Source: Utricularia gibba
Lineage: Eukaryota > Plantae > Magnoliophyta
Direction: 5' to 3'
DNA length: 64,000 nucleotides
Assembly (NCBI GenBank): GCA_002189035.1
Contig: CM007992.1
Span: forward strand, 1,426,001-1,490,000
Position 1 is the first letter of the stretch. Each line of letters begins with the position of its first letter. Under the pieces are notes generated by a model. That model did not search any database. It worked only from the letters and a program-made list of their open reading frames with translations, and had not been told where the DNA came from. Of this stretch, positions 20,954-34,712 are shown one piece after another. Both the position numbers and the translations under genes were made by a program.

Positions 20954-23900
20954 CTAGCCTTCCCTCAGAAATCTTCCAAAATGAAAAAGTTCGCCTTGAT
21001 GACCGGACAGGCAGAATTTCACACGAGAGCATCTCGTTGCCTGCCGTACGATCCTCTCAAGGGGTGAGTGCAGGCAAAGCTGAGGATCCCTCACAGTCGG
21101 ATTGGAATGCAGGATCACGGCATTTACGGCATCTGCCACTAGCTCCCTTTGATGCTGGTGAAGAAGATACTGACAGAGTGATTTGCTCGGTTCCTTGTAT
21201 GCAACTAATGTGGCGCAATCCTGTGAAATGCAGGTTCAAATATTCATCTTGAATAGCGAGCGACGCGACAATTTTGACTGCGAGAGATCTTCACCATACC
21301 TTGAGTAGCTCCTCAGCACCTGGGGGATACTTGAACTTGCAGAATTCACTTGAAAAATAGGCAACGGCTTCTTCTAGCTTGCTTTGCTGCAATACACACA
21401 ACACGGAGACGAGAAAAAAGGGAGTTTTTTTTAGTGCACCATTGCCAATTCCTATTAGCAAAAACTGCATTGTAAAAGTCAATACATGCACCAATGTTCT
21501 AAAACAAAACGTTGTAAGAAATTATTTATATGATTACCCGAATAAGCTCAATAAATTTTTGACAATGTAGAAGAAAACGTATGGTTGATGTGGAGTCCTA
21601 CATAAAAAAAAAAAAACAACAACAACAACAACAACCAATGACATAACGAGTTGATGCATTATGAAAATAGATTAGCAAATAGCAAGAAAAATTGGCGTAC
21701 TAGAGATCTAACACGTCTCATGTACACAACTCAATAATATGATAAACATACTTCTGTGTACACACCTCATCAATATGCTGTTGTTGACTAAGAATAGCCA
21801 ATGATTCGTCAATTTCACCGGAACTTATCATCTGCATGATTCAAGAAGAGAAACAATCAATATAGTATTTTCCTAATATAGACCGACAAATTCAACCATA
21901 ATAGAGAAAAATCACATTTATAGATCATAGTTAAGACCTCAAATAAGTTAAAGACCCGGTACATGATAACAAACAAGACATACGGGAAAAGATAAATAAT
22001 TTTCTTCAAGGATCTATTAAGGACCAGCTAGTATTTGGAAAAGGACAAAAGGAATTTAGCAACATTTGCAGCACCAATTCAAAAAAAAAAAAAAAAAAAG
22101 AGACCTCATGAAAATTCTTAACAGGAGCAGCAGCTTGAGAAATACCTGGCGAAGAGTTTTCCTGACATGCAATGCATACGAAGTGTAATGATCTACACTG
22201 TCATCTGGAATTAATGAAGCCAGATACAAGTCCTTCCTAAACGCATTGTTGAACAGCATCGCAGTTTCTTCGTATCCACAATGCTGAAAGTAGTATTGAA
22301 CTACTCTGGAATACAAAATAGCATACGGTTACACATGCTTCATGATCTGTTATATAAAGAATCTACTTCCTAGACAACATTAAGTAATAACCGTAGGCTC
22401 ACATAATAACATTTGTAACGAACGGACATGGGAATCGGATATGGGATCAAAATTCTCAAAAAGATGCATGTTTACCTGTGACTGTCTTTTGGTGTAATTG
22501 ATATATTGGTATGTTTTTGTGCTTCTTCATAAGCCTACTTGAAGGATGATTAATCAAGTTCATCAGAATTTCCTTAACCGGAAGAGATGAAACCGATGTA
22601 AACAAGACGCAAATGGATATAACATGGCAGAATGTTGGGGTACATGGAAACTAAAATAACAGCAAAAGTATGCTCTTTTTATGTTCAAAGTCCAGGTAGT
22701 GCTATTACAAATTGGAGCGAAACTAATCTAAAAAAGAGAATCTGGATGAAGAAATTAAAGAGCTTCTGCACAAGTAGGACTCACTTTTATATCAAAAAGA
22801 TATGGCTTTTTGCCAAAGTTCACGATCACCCTGCCGCAAGGAAATCAAAGTTAGAGCATTAATGAGGCGGATTGGCTTAAATCTCAAGGATACATGAGTT
22901 TAAAATTTGAGGCCGTGCCTGCTAGAATAGATTTTTAGGATTTCCAAAAAGGATAAATGATAAAAGGCCATCAGGAAATGAATGAAGAAGATGCTTACTC
23001 TTCCCCACTGCTAGCGACAGCAACAGTAGGAAACAATTTTCTCATGACTTCGTTTCTAACCCGGCTTACAATGAAACCATTTTTCCTGAAAATTTAAAGA
23101 AACATACTACCAGTTTGTAGAAATCATACTCCATATGAAATTTATTGTGCGGCCTAGCGTAAGCAACATAGGAGAGTGCATTAATATTTAAGACTAATTG
23201 CAATCCTACGTGAAAAATACTTCGTGTTTTGAATAGTTGATGCCTGCCCCAACCGTATCACCAGCTGCGTAGGTAGCACAAATGTCTCCCGGAGATCCAC
23301 AACAGCGTATCCCCTCTATCCCAGAATATCCATAGCCCTCTTCATCCCTGCAGTATACGAGTCCATCGGCTTGTGTTACCGCTCATTCATATCTAGAAAC
23401 CGACAAAAATGCTGGGTACAAAAAGGTTAAAGTTTAGCCCAACTAATTTATTACTGTACACTTCCGTCATCACGAGTCGCACTCCCGATTAAATTCTTAC
23501 CTTATCATCATTGCATCATTTCAGACATGAAAAGTCAACAATCAAAACACCTCTGCGACAATGCAAGGAACTAACCCAGGGTGGATCCGAAGACGGGCAT
23601 CAGAAGGGGCGAATCCGATAGTAATATTGCCCTCTTGACCGGCATTCTTGACAAACATCTCAAAGTAATAAACGATACATTGAGTTGGCGCCGGGTGATT
23701 CCCCTGAGCCGCTCCAACTTGGCCGGCATTCGAATCAGAATCACGATAGACAATCGAGAGCCTGTCAGGTCCTATTGTCGCGAACCTCTCTTCGACGCGC
23801 ATCGGATCTAACTCCGTCGGAACATCCTCTAAATCATACTCGTCGTTGATCAATGAATTTAGCGGTGCGTCGGGGTTTAAGAATACGGCTGTAGAAGTGT

Positions 23901-23970
23901 GAGACCAGATATCAAGAAAATAGCGTCCGATTACATCAACCGGCGACGCCGACGCCGACGCCGCCGCCAT
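20954..23970 (-). pseudogene. RanBPM/GID1-like (SPRY-LisH-CTLH-CRA) paralog, highly diverged, with in-frame stop(s)
   Basis: Exons encode VPTELD..YYFEMFVKNAG..ITIGF, DTVGAGINY..EVFFT, KNG..LFPTVAV, VIVNFGKKPYLFDIK, VVQYYFQHCGYEET, QRELVADAVNAVIL. In-frame TGA at 23383-23385 just after a canonical phase-2 intron; probable TAA at 21672-21674. Confidence 0.75.
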
Positions 23971-24714
23971 CTTTACGATACAAACGAAACTTGAAATCCT
24001 CAGTCGACGAAGATGAAGACCCCGTCACCGTGTAACTGATTTACAACTTCAACTGATCTCTTCAATGCGAAATGGCGTCCATGTTAATTGCCTCATTGGG
24101 ATGGCGATCTTAACCGTTTCGAAATTTGTACACATCCGACTGCACGTTGCCTTCATATTTTTCTTTTTTAAAACATTTTTTTATTCAAGAATTTTTAAAT
24201 CAAATCCCACGTTTATATTTATAATTCAAAAAACCGTACCATAATTAAGTCAAGGTTTTTATGCGTGGTAATCACCGCCAACCAAAGAAGGCCACAATTT
24301 AGTAATTAGCAATCAATAGGCATCATTAAAGCAGGATTTAACCCAAGTCAAATGTTACCTTGAATTTTTAAAATATATTTGATAAATAATTTTATTAATA
24401 TGTCTATAAAATTGTATTAATTAATGAAAAAAATTCTTTTACTTTAACTTAGTGAAATAATTTTAGAGGAGATGGATGAATCATGACAATTTTAAGAAAA
24501 AATTAACTTGATATGAATATTCATCATTAAATAATTTGCACATTTGAAAAAGAAAATAAAAACATGTAAAGTATAATTAAAATAATCTAGAGAAACTTAA
24601 AGGTAATTAATTTAATAGTATTATTTCATAAAATATATAGTACTCACATTTAAATAAAACTATCGCATAGGGTAATGCTATTGTAGGAAAAAAAATAATT
24701 TCTATTAAACGAAG

Positions 24715-25181
24715 TTACGTTCTCACCGTTGTGATGCAATTGACTAGCAGAGAAACGACTTCAGGGGAGACTCTGGAGGCGGTTTCCTTCAAATCCCGAA
24801 TACTGGATTCCGTTTCTGCTTCAAGCCTCTTTAATGTTGAGTCGGAGCTTCCACTACTCTGTTCACCAATTAAAAAAATGAGATTCTGTCGCGCGGTGCA
24901 ATTGCTGATGATATAGGATCAAACCTCAGCGATGTGCTTTCGGTACTCGGATTCCTGATGCGATCGGTAGGCCGCTACTTCTTTCTCAGCCTCATCTTTC
25001 GCCTGTCTCAGTCTCGCGGTTTTCACTGAAAAAATTGAAATCAGTGCTAATGAAATTTTTTAGATGAATCGTGAGATGAGGAAGTGCGATTACGATCTCT
25101 AGCAGCTTTCACGATTTGCTGTGCCTCGCGCTCCGCCGTCAGTAGCATCTGGATCCCTCCTTGTCCGCGTATCGAATCCAT
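24715..25181 (-). CDS. VHA-G: V-type proton ATPase subunit G
   Basis: Three exons give [50 protein letters not shown]...[39 protein letters not shown]. Confidence 0.93.
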
Positions 25182-25929
25182 TTCTTGCGGCGTTGTTCGA
25201 TCGCAAAAAATTGAAATGTTGATCGATTTAGCGTCAGCGTCCACACTGAATTCATAAAAAAAGAAGCTATGAAGGAGATATTGCGAATGAATTGATAAAT
25301 TTGTGGAATCCGATTCGCAGAGGACTCCGAAGAACGATGATTACCTCGATGGATTGAATAATGCTTACTTCGCGAACATGAGGAAGAAGGTTTCCCACGA
25401 TATGCAAAATAGAGCTCCAACGCCATTATCGGATCTCACCCCATTTTTTAGGCTCATGTGTTTGAATATTGCTTTATCAACTCATTTTCAGCATTTTCAT
25501 TAAATTTGATGATTATGATTAAAAATTATGATTGGTGCACATTTTCATTTTTGATCAGGTACGTGTTTGTTATGTATGTTTAAACAAAATCGCTGAAATT
25601 AAATTTAATATAAAAAATAATATTTAGAATAAAAATTGCGTGCTGAAACTTTTCAAGTAGCAAGCCTGCAATGGGTGGCCTAATAGACTGTTGAAGAAGG
25701 CCCATTTTGCAAAAGGGGGGGCCGTATGGAGTTCGTTAGAGAGCGGCACGGTGGCAATCCAAATATTTTAGACCGTTCTAAGCGACGGGGGCAGTTGTAG
25801 AAGGGGAAAATGGAGACGGAAATGGCGGAGAGGGAAGTAGTTATCAGAGGCTGCTTCGTTCGACTGAACGAGATGTCATCATTTTGGGATCAAGGTTTCT
25901 CTTTCTCTCTCTAGATGTGTTATCTTAGG

Positions 25930-28900
25930 ATGGCTAAATTAGAGGGCGTGAAGTCAAATTCGATGAATTTACCGCCGGCGTTCGGTTTGGGTTCTTCCGT
26001 GGTCCAAAACGTGAAAGATTTGGATGGTTCCTCGGATCCGAAATCCTACTCTTTGGAGAAGTTTCGGCTGTTCGAAACTCGAGCTGTAAGTTTTATTTCT
26101 TTTTGTTTCGGAATTTGGTAGGGAAAAAATTGCTTCTGATTAGTTGTTCCGAATTCCAATGTATTTTTTTCAGTATGATTTATGAGTTGGGTGTCCGGAG
26201 GTGAATGATTCTTACTGAGTGCCGTCGTGGTTCGTTAACTCTTGCGTTTTCCAATTTTGTATTTTCAGAGGTTTTATTTAGTTGGGAGTGATAGAAACAA
26301 AAAGCACTTCCGGGTTTTAAAAATTGACCGAATGGAACCATCCGAGCTTAATATTAGCGAAGACCCAGTAACATATCCACCACAAGAAGCTGCCAACTTG
26401 CTAAATAGAATTTCTGAGGGCAATCGTGCTACTGGAGGATTGAATCTTGTGGCAAAGGTGTATGGCATTGTAGGTGAGTTTGATAATCTGATTCTTAGCG
26501 AGTACACATGATCAGAATATCTACCTTTCGTAACGGGATCATCTCTTTGCATCTTTGCACATTTCAAATCACATTATTTGCTTCTTACTCCTCTTTTCAG
26601 TTTTCCAATAGGTTGCATTAAATTCATGGAGTCATACTATATTATATTGGTGACAAAGCGGCGGCAAGTTGGATCTATTTGTGGGCATGCGATATATAGT
26701 ATTGATGAGACCCAAATGATCACCATTCCACATGTTACTGTTCAGACTGATGTTGCGCAGTCTAAAACTGAGCTACGGTAGTCACATTAGTTTTTGTTGT
26801 TTCCTTCGCTTCCTATGTTTCAGTTTATACTTTTTTGTCTCCTGATGGTATATTGCTGAAATTATTAACATGCTATCTTTGTGTATGCAGGTATAAGAAG
26901 CTTTTATCCAGTCTTGATTTGACCAAGGACTTCTTTTACAGCTACACCTATCCCATAATGCGAAGTTTGCAGAAAAACGTTCTATCCGTTGGTGAAGAAA
27001 AAATGCCATATGATAACATGTTTGTTTGGAATGCTTTTCTGACAAGGCCTATTCGATCCAGATGCAGGAATTCCATTTGGACAATAGCGCTTGTTCATGG
27101 GAACTTCAAACAGGTTTCTCTTTTGCAGAAATAAATGTCCGTAAACTGTGTCCATTTTGATACACAGTGTTTCATTTAATATGCAAATCCATATTGAAAA
27201 CCATATTATATTTTCTACTAAATTAAATCCATGTTCTCAAATCATATTATGTTTCATTATTAGGCGATGCAGATTTTTAATATCATGTGTTTTCTTAATG
27301 TGGTTTAAATGTGATGATTGATAATGATATCCAATTAATCCTTATTTCGTTTTGCTACAGGTTAGATTATCATTTTTTGGTAGAGATTTTAGTCTTGCTG
27401 TGGTTTCCAGACGCTCTCGTCATTTTGCTGGTACACGGTAATATTACATGATTTTTTATCGTTTTTTGTAATGTGTCTTTCTTGTCATCTTCCTGCCTAC
27501 TTATTGCTCTCTTGTTGTGCAGTTATCTAAAAAGAGGGGTTAATGATCATGGGCGGGTAGCGAATGATGTGGAAACTGAACAGATCGTCCTTGATGATGA
27601 AGCTGGGTCATACAAGGGAAAAATGAGTTCCGTTGTACAAATGAGAGGCTCTATCCCACTTTTCTGGTCACAAGAAGCATCAAGATTCAGTCCTAAACCT
27701 GATATTATATGTGAGGAAAATGTTTTTATCTTCTAATTCCTAATATTCATGATCTTCCCATGCCATGTCACTTCGTGTTCTACTCAACCATGTCATTGGT
27801 TCGTGAAGTGCAAAGATATGATCCTACATACGAGGCAACTAGACTGCATTTTGAGAACCTCGCTGAAAGATATGGAAATCCAATCATTGTTCTTAATTTG
27901 ATTAAGGTGTGTGCAAACATCAGTCGTGGGAAGTCTAAATCATCATTGCTATTTGGTTTCCTGATTTCTGAATTTGCCCTCGCGTGCTATTTCTATTCCA
28001 GACAGTTGAGAAAAGGCCTCGGGAAATGATGCTAAGGCGAGAGTTCTACAGTGCTGTGAGCTATCTAAACCAAATTCTTCCCGAGGAAAGTCAAATCAAG
28101 TTTATACATTGGGACTTTCACAAGTTTGCAAAGAGGTCTACAACGAATTTCTAAATTATCATCCATGCCCTTTCTCACTAATATTTTGTACTTGTTCCCA
28201 GCAAATCAGCAAATGTTTTGGCCGTTTTGGGAGGAGTTGCAAGTGAAGCACTTGATTTGACTGGACTTTATTGTAGTGGAAAACGGTCAAATGTGAAGAG
28301 AATGGGTGGCCAGCTTTCTAGGACTAGCACAGGAAGGTTTGTTGTCATTTGATTAATTTATACCTTTTCATCTTTGTTTCTCTCCATCGTCTGATCGGTC
28401 CTCCTTGTTCCTGCTCAGTTTGACAATGCTTTCGCATGTCCTGAACCATCAGCCAAATTTCATCTCCAGTCTCCTCTTTTTCAGTTGTCTGTCCTATTGC
28501 CAATAACACACAAATCTTTTGTCCTTTTTATCTAATAAGGATAGAATGCATGCATCGAAGTGACTACAATATACTTGGATACCTTCTTCTGCATTTTGAC
28601 TCTAAATGTTTTGAAATTGATGTTCAAATTATTGCTTATTTATTTGAAATTAGTTCAGCTATCCTATTGCAGTTTAATTTATGCAGTAACTGGCATGTTA
28701 TTGCTCCTGTGTGCATTCTTTTCTTGTGAGTGAGAGTTAATTCTAATGTACTTTTTATGCGCTGATTTCAGTGCTATCACGTTGACTAAGCAACACAAGG
28801 AGCCTGAAATCAGTCAAGGCAGTAACGTAGCACCACAATTTCAAAGTGGTGTTCTGCGTACAAACTGCATAGACTGCTTAGATCGGACAAATGTTGCACA

Positions 28901-30618
28901 ATATGCTTATGGCTTGGCTGCTCTTGGGCGCCAACTTCATTCACTGGGTTTGACAGATGATCCTAAAGTGGATCCTGACAGCAGCATTGCAGCTGCTGTT
29001 ATGGATATGTACCTGAGCATGGGTGACGCCTTAGCACATCAGTACGGTGGCTCAGCTGCACACAATACAGTATTGGTTTTATCAACATGCTTATTTTTGT
29101 TGGGGTCGTATTTTTCTTGGTAAACGGAGGTTGACAAAACTCCTTTGTTCCTCTTGAACTGTAGGTGTTTCCAGAGAGGCAAGGAAAATGGAAAGCTACA
29201 ACTCAGTCTAGGGAATTCTTAAAGTCTATAAAACGATACTATAGCAACACTTGCACGGATGGGGAAAAGCAAGATGCAATCAATTTGTGAGATGATTTCT
29301 GCCACATGTCTATAGTATCACAACCGTGCCATGTTGTAAACAGACCTCATTTCATGCAGATTCTTGGGTTACTTCCAACCCAAGATGGAAAACCAGCTAT
29401 ATGGGATTTGGATTCAGATTATTATCTTCATTTATCTGGAATTGGAGGTGACTTTGTGCCTATGAGGTAAAATATAAAGTACTGAAACTTTTTCTCAGCA
29501 CTTCCATGGAGGAATTGCAACTGCATGCTGCTCACAGCGATTGTTGGGTCTGTTCTATTGTTTGAGTGACAGCCCTACAGATGAATCCCCTACTCCACTG
29601 GCAGGAATTTCATTGGCACCAATTCCTGCTTGTCAAGAAGACTTCTCGCGAATGAAGCTGACATCATTTGATAAGTTAATAGAAAGAACATGCAGTTTGA
29701 TCAAGAACGTAAGACTTTGCTGCGAGCCTGATCAAAAATCAGGAAATTCTGGGGTGGCGCCTGATGCTGCGTAAGTGACTATTCATACTCCTTGTTTTAT
29801 TGCGAAGAATATGATCAATTCAATTTCGTTTTTATTTTTTTTGGTGGATTTTGTCAGAGAGATACAGCTGAAGAGTCCAAATTGGCTATTTGGCCAGAGG
29901 AAGTTTGAGAATGGCAGCTCTGCATCGAAAATTGGTACCAATGGAACTTCAGATGGTGCTCTGGATGACGAGAAGAAAATCATTGACCTATCAGACCTTG
30001 GCTTATTTTCTCCCGTTGTTGAGAGCAGTGAAAACGATATCTCAAACCAGTTATTCCCTGGCCTCTTAATTTCTCCCCTGCAGCACTTGGGCTGCCAATT
30101 TCCTGCTAAGAAGCTGCTGTCTTTCTACAGATACCATGCAATGACAACAGCATTCACTGAGGCAAACGAATGGTATGGAGGCACTCTAGTCGCTGACTGT
30201 GATGAAAACACTGCAGTTTATCAGCACTATGCTCAGCTCATTCAGGTAAACTGTTTAACGCACCCGATCCAGCCATCATCAGACGCTGCAGCATTCCCGA
30301 TTAACACTACTTTACGCCTTGTTTTTGTTCTTGGGCGTGCAGGGAGCATCCCTGGAGCCCTTCGGGAGTGACCCGGAGAAGGAAAAGTATTACAGTGACC
30401 TTCTTGCCATGAACGAGGTGGATTACTGCATGGATGACGCCGCTGCAGAAGCAAAGATGGATGCCGCCCTCAGGGAGTACGACCGCGCCAGCGCCGATCT
30501 CGGGATTTTCCCCAAGTCGTGCCGCGCGCAGGTTCAGGATCCGAGCCAATTGACGCGATGGATCCTGGGGACAGCAGGCTCCACAAACCCTAGACGCTGC
30601 AAGGGGGGACGAAGCTGA
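25930..30618 (+). CDS. SAC1: SAC-domain phosphoinositide phosphatase (SAC1/FRA7, FIG4-like)
   Basis: Multi-exon gene: [79 protein letters not shown], catalytic [12 protein letters not shown] intact. One apparent -1 deletion at CCC 29379-29381 (YFQP-QDGKPA). Confidence 0.93.
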
Positions 30619-31444
30619 GTTTTTTTTTTTTTTTTTTTCCTTGTTAATGTTTGCGCGATCCCGGCCCCTCAATTCGGAATAAGTAGTTTCGGGCTGGATT
30701 TAATTATTTGAAAATGTTTTGTAATTGATTTGTGTAGAATATAATGTATCAAATCGTGTTGTACTAAGATAGGAGTTCATGAAAAGATATAGTTTAAAAA
30801 AATCATTACCAAGCATGTCAAATCTTATAATGTATTTGTTATACAATTTGAAGTTGCGTTTATTATGTAAAATATATTTAATTTCGAAAATATATGGATA
30901 GAAGCAATTTAATATTTTAAAACTGTTTTGTATAGGATAAAATTATATTATAAAACTTAATAAAATAAATCATATATTATAAAGTTCAATTATTAAATTA
31001 TTGTATCATAATTTTTCTCATTAATATATTATTTAATCATTAAAATAGAAAGTAAAGAAATTTAATAATTTTTAAATTAATAACATAGTATAAATTTATA
31101 ATTATATTATATAACGATTAAAAATTAGAATTTTCAAAAATAAAAAAAAATTATTTCAGTAAATTATTGAAAAAAATAGCCCCAATATGTGACTTAAGTA
31201 GAAATGATGAGATTAAATTCAAAATTAAGAGTATTAAAAAGAGTTTGATTCATGTATTTTCATACTTGTACTCGAATCGAATCAAAATATAACTCGTGAT
31301 GAATTGATTCGTTGGCTAGCCCAACGGATCAGATTACTGAAATCATCGGGCCCGGTCCATAAGTGCGGGGCCCATTTGTTGAGCCCAAACACGGTTCGCT
31401 TTTGTGATGCTCCTCTCGCGGGGTTTGGTTTTTTCGTCCAGGTA

Positions 31445-34400
31445 ATGGGAGATATAGAGGATCTGTTAGTGAACCGAAGTGACGGGCTGCCGGCGGGGTT
31501 TCGGCTGCCGGTGCCGGCTGCGGTCGGAATAAAACCCAGAAATAAGAAGTTAAATGGGTCACTCCAGGAATATCTTAAGAGTTCCGACGGTGTCGTTAAA
31601 ATCCCCGGTACTCAGGTGCTTTTCTTTCTTTTGGTGTCCTTTACATTGCCGTGATGTTGTTTTGAGTATAGGAAAACTCATGCTTTGATTGCTTGTATCT
31701 TTTTCCAGACAATCTACATTAAGACTTTTGGGTGCTCGCATAATCAGGTAAAAAGTTATTGTCCTTTCAAGTATTGGAATTACGTTTGTTAAGGATGATC
31801 TGAGGATTTGTATGGGACACCGTTAATCCATTAATGACTTGAAAAGAAAGATGCTGTACTTATACCGGTGTGAATGTGATCTATGTTGAACTTGGGGGGA
31901 GTGTAATTTCTGATTCATTTAGACGTTCAAATTGCCGATTAACTTGTCCACCTCTAAGAACTTAATAGGGTGTATGCATAAAGTGATACCTGATTTTTCA
32001 AATAAGTGTCTTCACTGGATTTAGTAATAATCTTTTTTTATCTTCGTATTTTTTTTTTTTTTTGTCTCAGAGCGACAGTGAATATATGGCTGGTCAGCTT
32101 TCGGCATTTGGTTATAATTTGAGTGAAAACCCAGATGAAGCAGACCTGTGGCTGATAAACACGTAAGTGTTATATTTGAACTTTTATTTCAGAGTGAAAG
32201 TTTTATATTCTTTTCTTTGCAGGGAATTATTTTGCGTAGCTCCTTTTTTTCTAGTGGATTTTCCAGTTCTCCCTTTCTTCTTGATGGCTGTCCCTTTTTT
32301 TTTTTTTATCACTGAGTTTTTTTGGGTTATCTGGCACAAATAGTCGTCATGATTGTATTCTTTTGGTCCAGCATATTTTAATATCTTCAGATGTACCATT
32401 TTCCTTGTGCAGCTGCACCGTTAAGTCTCCTAGTCAATCAGCAATGGAGACGCTTATATCAAAATGTAGAAGTGCAAAAAAGCCTTTGGTAGTTGCTGGA
32501 TGTGTTCCTCAAGGGAGCCGTGATCTGAAAGAGCTCGAAGGCGTAAGTATAGTTGGAGTACAGCAAATTGATAGAGTTGTTGAAGTTGTTGAAGAGACCC
32601 TTAAAGGTCATGAAGTGCGGCTTTTAACACGAAAGTTATTGCCTGCTCTTGACCTCCCAAAGGTGCATCAATTCAGTGTTGAATAATTCTCAGTTTTGAT
32701 AGTTGTGGGTTCCTTATGTACCTGCTTCTTGATTTTCGGACATGTAAGAAACTCTTTTTTTCTACTCAGGTCAGAAAAAACAAGTTTGTTGAGATTCTTC
32801 CTATTAATGTCGGTTGCTTAGGTGCATGCACATATTGCAAGACGAAGCATGCTCGTGGTCATCTTGGAAGCTACACAGTTGATAGCCTTGTAAGCTACAT
32901 GATGGACAGAATTCTCCTCCTGTAGCAAATCCTTCCTGAGAATTCCAAGCCCATGAATTTTCAGGTTGATCGTGTCCGAAGTGTGATTGCTGATGGTGTC
33001 AAGGATATCTGGTTAAGTAGTGAAGACACTGGTGCATATGGTAATTGATAAATCTACTCCACTCCTTTGCGATTCTTGTGGCCAAACAGCTGTTCGATTT
33101 AGATACTTATTCAACAACTTATGGTGTTCGTGTTCAATTTTCAGGCCGTGATATTGGAGTTAACCTTCCGATTTTGCTGAATTCTTTAGTAGCAGAGCTC
33201 CCTCCTGATGGAAGCACCATGCTAAGAATTGGAATGACCAACCCCCCATACATTCTTGAGCATTTGGAACAGATAGCTGATGTGCTGCGACATCCTTGCG
33301 TGTATACTTTTCTTCACGTGCCAGTTCAGTCAGGGAGTGACACTATCTTGACTGTGAGAACTTGGCTTCCTTCACACCATATGGAGTACCTTCTGTACAA
33401 TAGAACTTGTAGGATATAAGTGATCTTTGATTCTTGTATTCAGGCTATGAACCGTGAGTATACTGTCAGTGAGTTTAGAAAGGTGGTTGATACATTGATA
33501 CAACTAGTTCCTGGAATGCAGATAGCTACTGATATCATTTGTGGATTCCCTGGTATTCACATTTGTAGCTAATCCTGGTGTGCCTGATATGATTAAGATG
33601 GATTTCATTAATTTACTTTCAACATACTCCAATTTACGATTAGCTGTTTGTGTTCCAGGGGAAACTGATGAAGATTTCGAACAAACGGTAAATCTCATCA
33701 AGGAATACAAGTTCCCTCAAGTGCATATCTCACAGTTCTATCCTCGCCCTGGTTGGTTTTCACCTTTTGGCTGGATTGACAAATGATATTTTGTTTCTCA
33801 GTGATGTTAATATTCAACCTGATATAGGCACACCGGCTGCAAGGATGAAGAAGGTCCCAAGTAATGTGGTGAAGCAACGTAGCCGTGAGTTGACTGCCAT
33901 ATTCGAATCATTTACACCATACCTGGGATATGAAGGAAAAGTCGAAAGGATATGGATTACAGACGTTGCCACAGATGGAACTCACTTGGTAATTATCTTT
34001 TATAGCTGGCAAATATGCAACATCATGAACAAAACTTATATTTGGTTAAAGATGGTCGTAGTCCCTGTAAAAACTTTTAAGAACCGCATTCTGAGCGACC
34101 TTGGTTGAATATGAAAAAGAAACCAGATTCTTAGACAGCCAAATGGGAGTGCATATACCATCATGTTTTTTGCAGTTATCTCAAAATGTGATCGATCATC
34201 TGTGTTCCTTTAGGTTGGTCACACCAAGGGGTACGTTCAGGTTCTTGTGGATGGTTCCAAAAGCTTGCTTGGGACATCAGCAATGGTGAAGATAACATCC
34301 GTCGGAAGGTGGTCCGTTTTTGGAGAGGTGCTCGAAGTCCTCGACAAACAAATAGTCACAAATGCATCCGCAAGGGAAGAAGGATGCGCATGCTCCGCAG

Positions 34401-34675
34401 CAAAGGAGACCTGTTGTTCATCCCAGACAGGGATTTGTGAAGACAGAGCAGATACACAATCAAAGTCAGTTGAAGACAACAGAAACCAGAAGTCCAGTGA
34501 ATTGTTGCTTCGAAAGGGGAAAAAACCCGTGCAAAATGAGGCAGTGGAAGTAAATGAAAAGCAAGAAACATCTCTTCAGATCCAAAGGTGGGGCTTCGTT
34601 GATGTAGCTCTAGTTACTGGTCTTGTCTGCAGCTTGTTGATTATCATGGCTATTGTCTTCTTCCATTTGGACTAA
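31445..34675 (+). CDS. CDKAL1: Threonylcarbamoyladenosine tRNA methylthiotransferase (CDKAL1/e-MtaB, radical SAM)
   Basis: [31 protein letters not shown], radical SAM triad [35 protein letters not shown] region and C-terminal hydrophobic anchor; GT-AG exons throughout. Confidence 0.95.
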
Positions 34676-34712
34676 CAACCGTCAGTGTCCCAGTGTTTTG
34701 ATGCTGCTTTGG

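Noticed and set aside
25930-30618. SAC1 as a pseudogene
   Set aside because: The only lesion found is one missing C in a homopolymer; the catalytic motif and downstream exons are conserved, so a consensus error is more likely.
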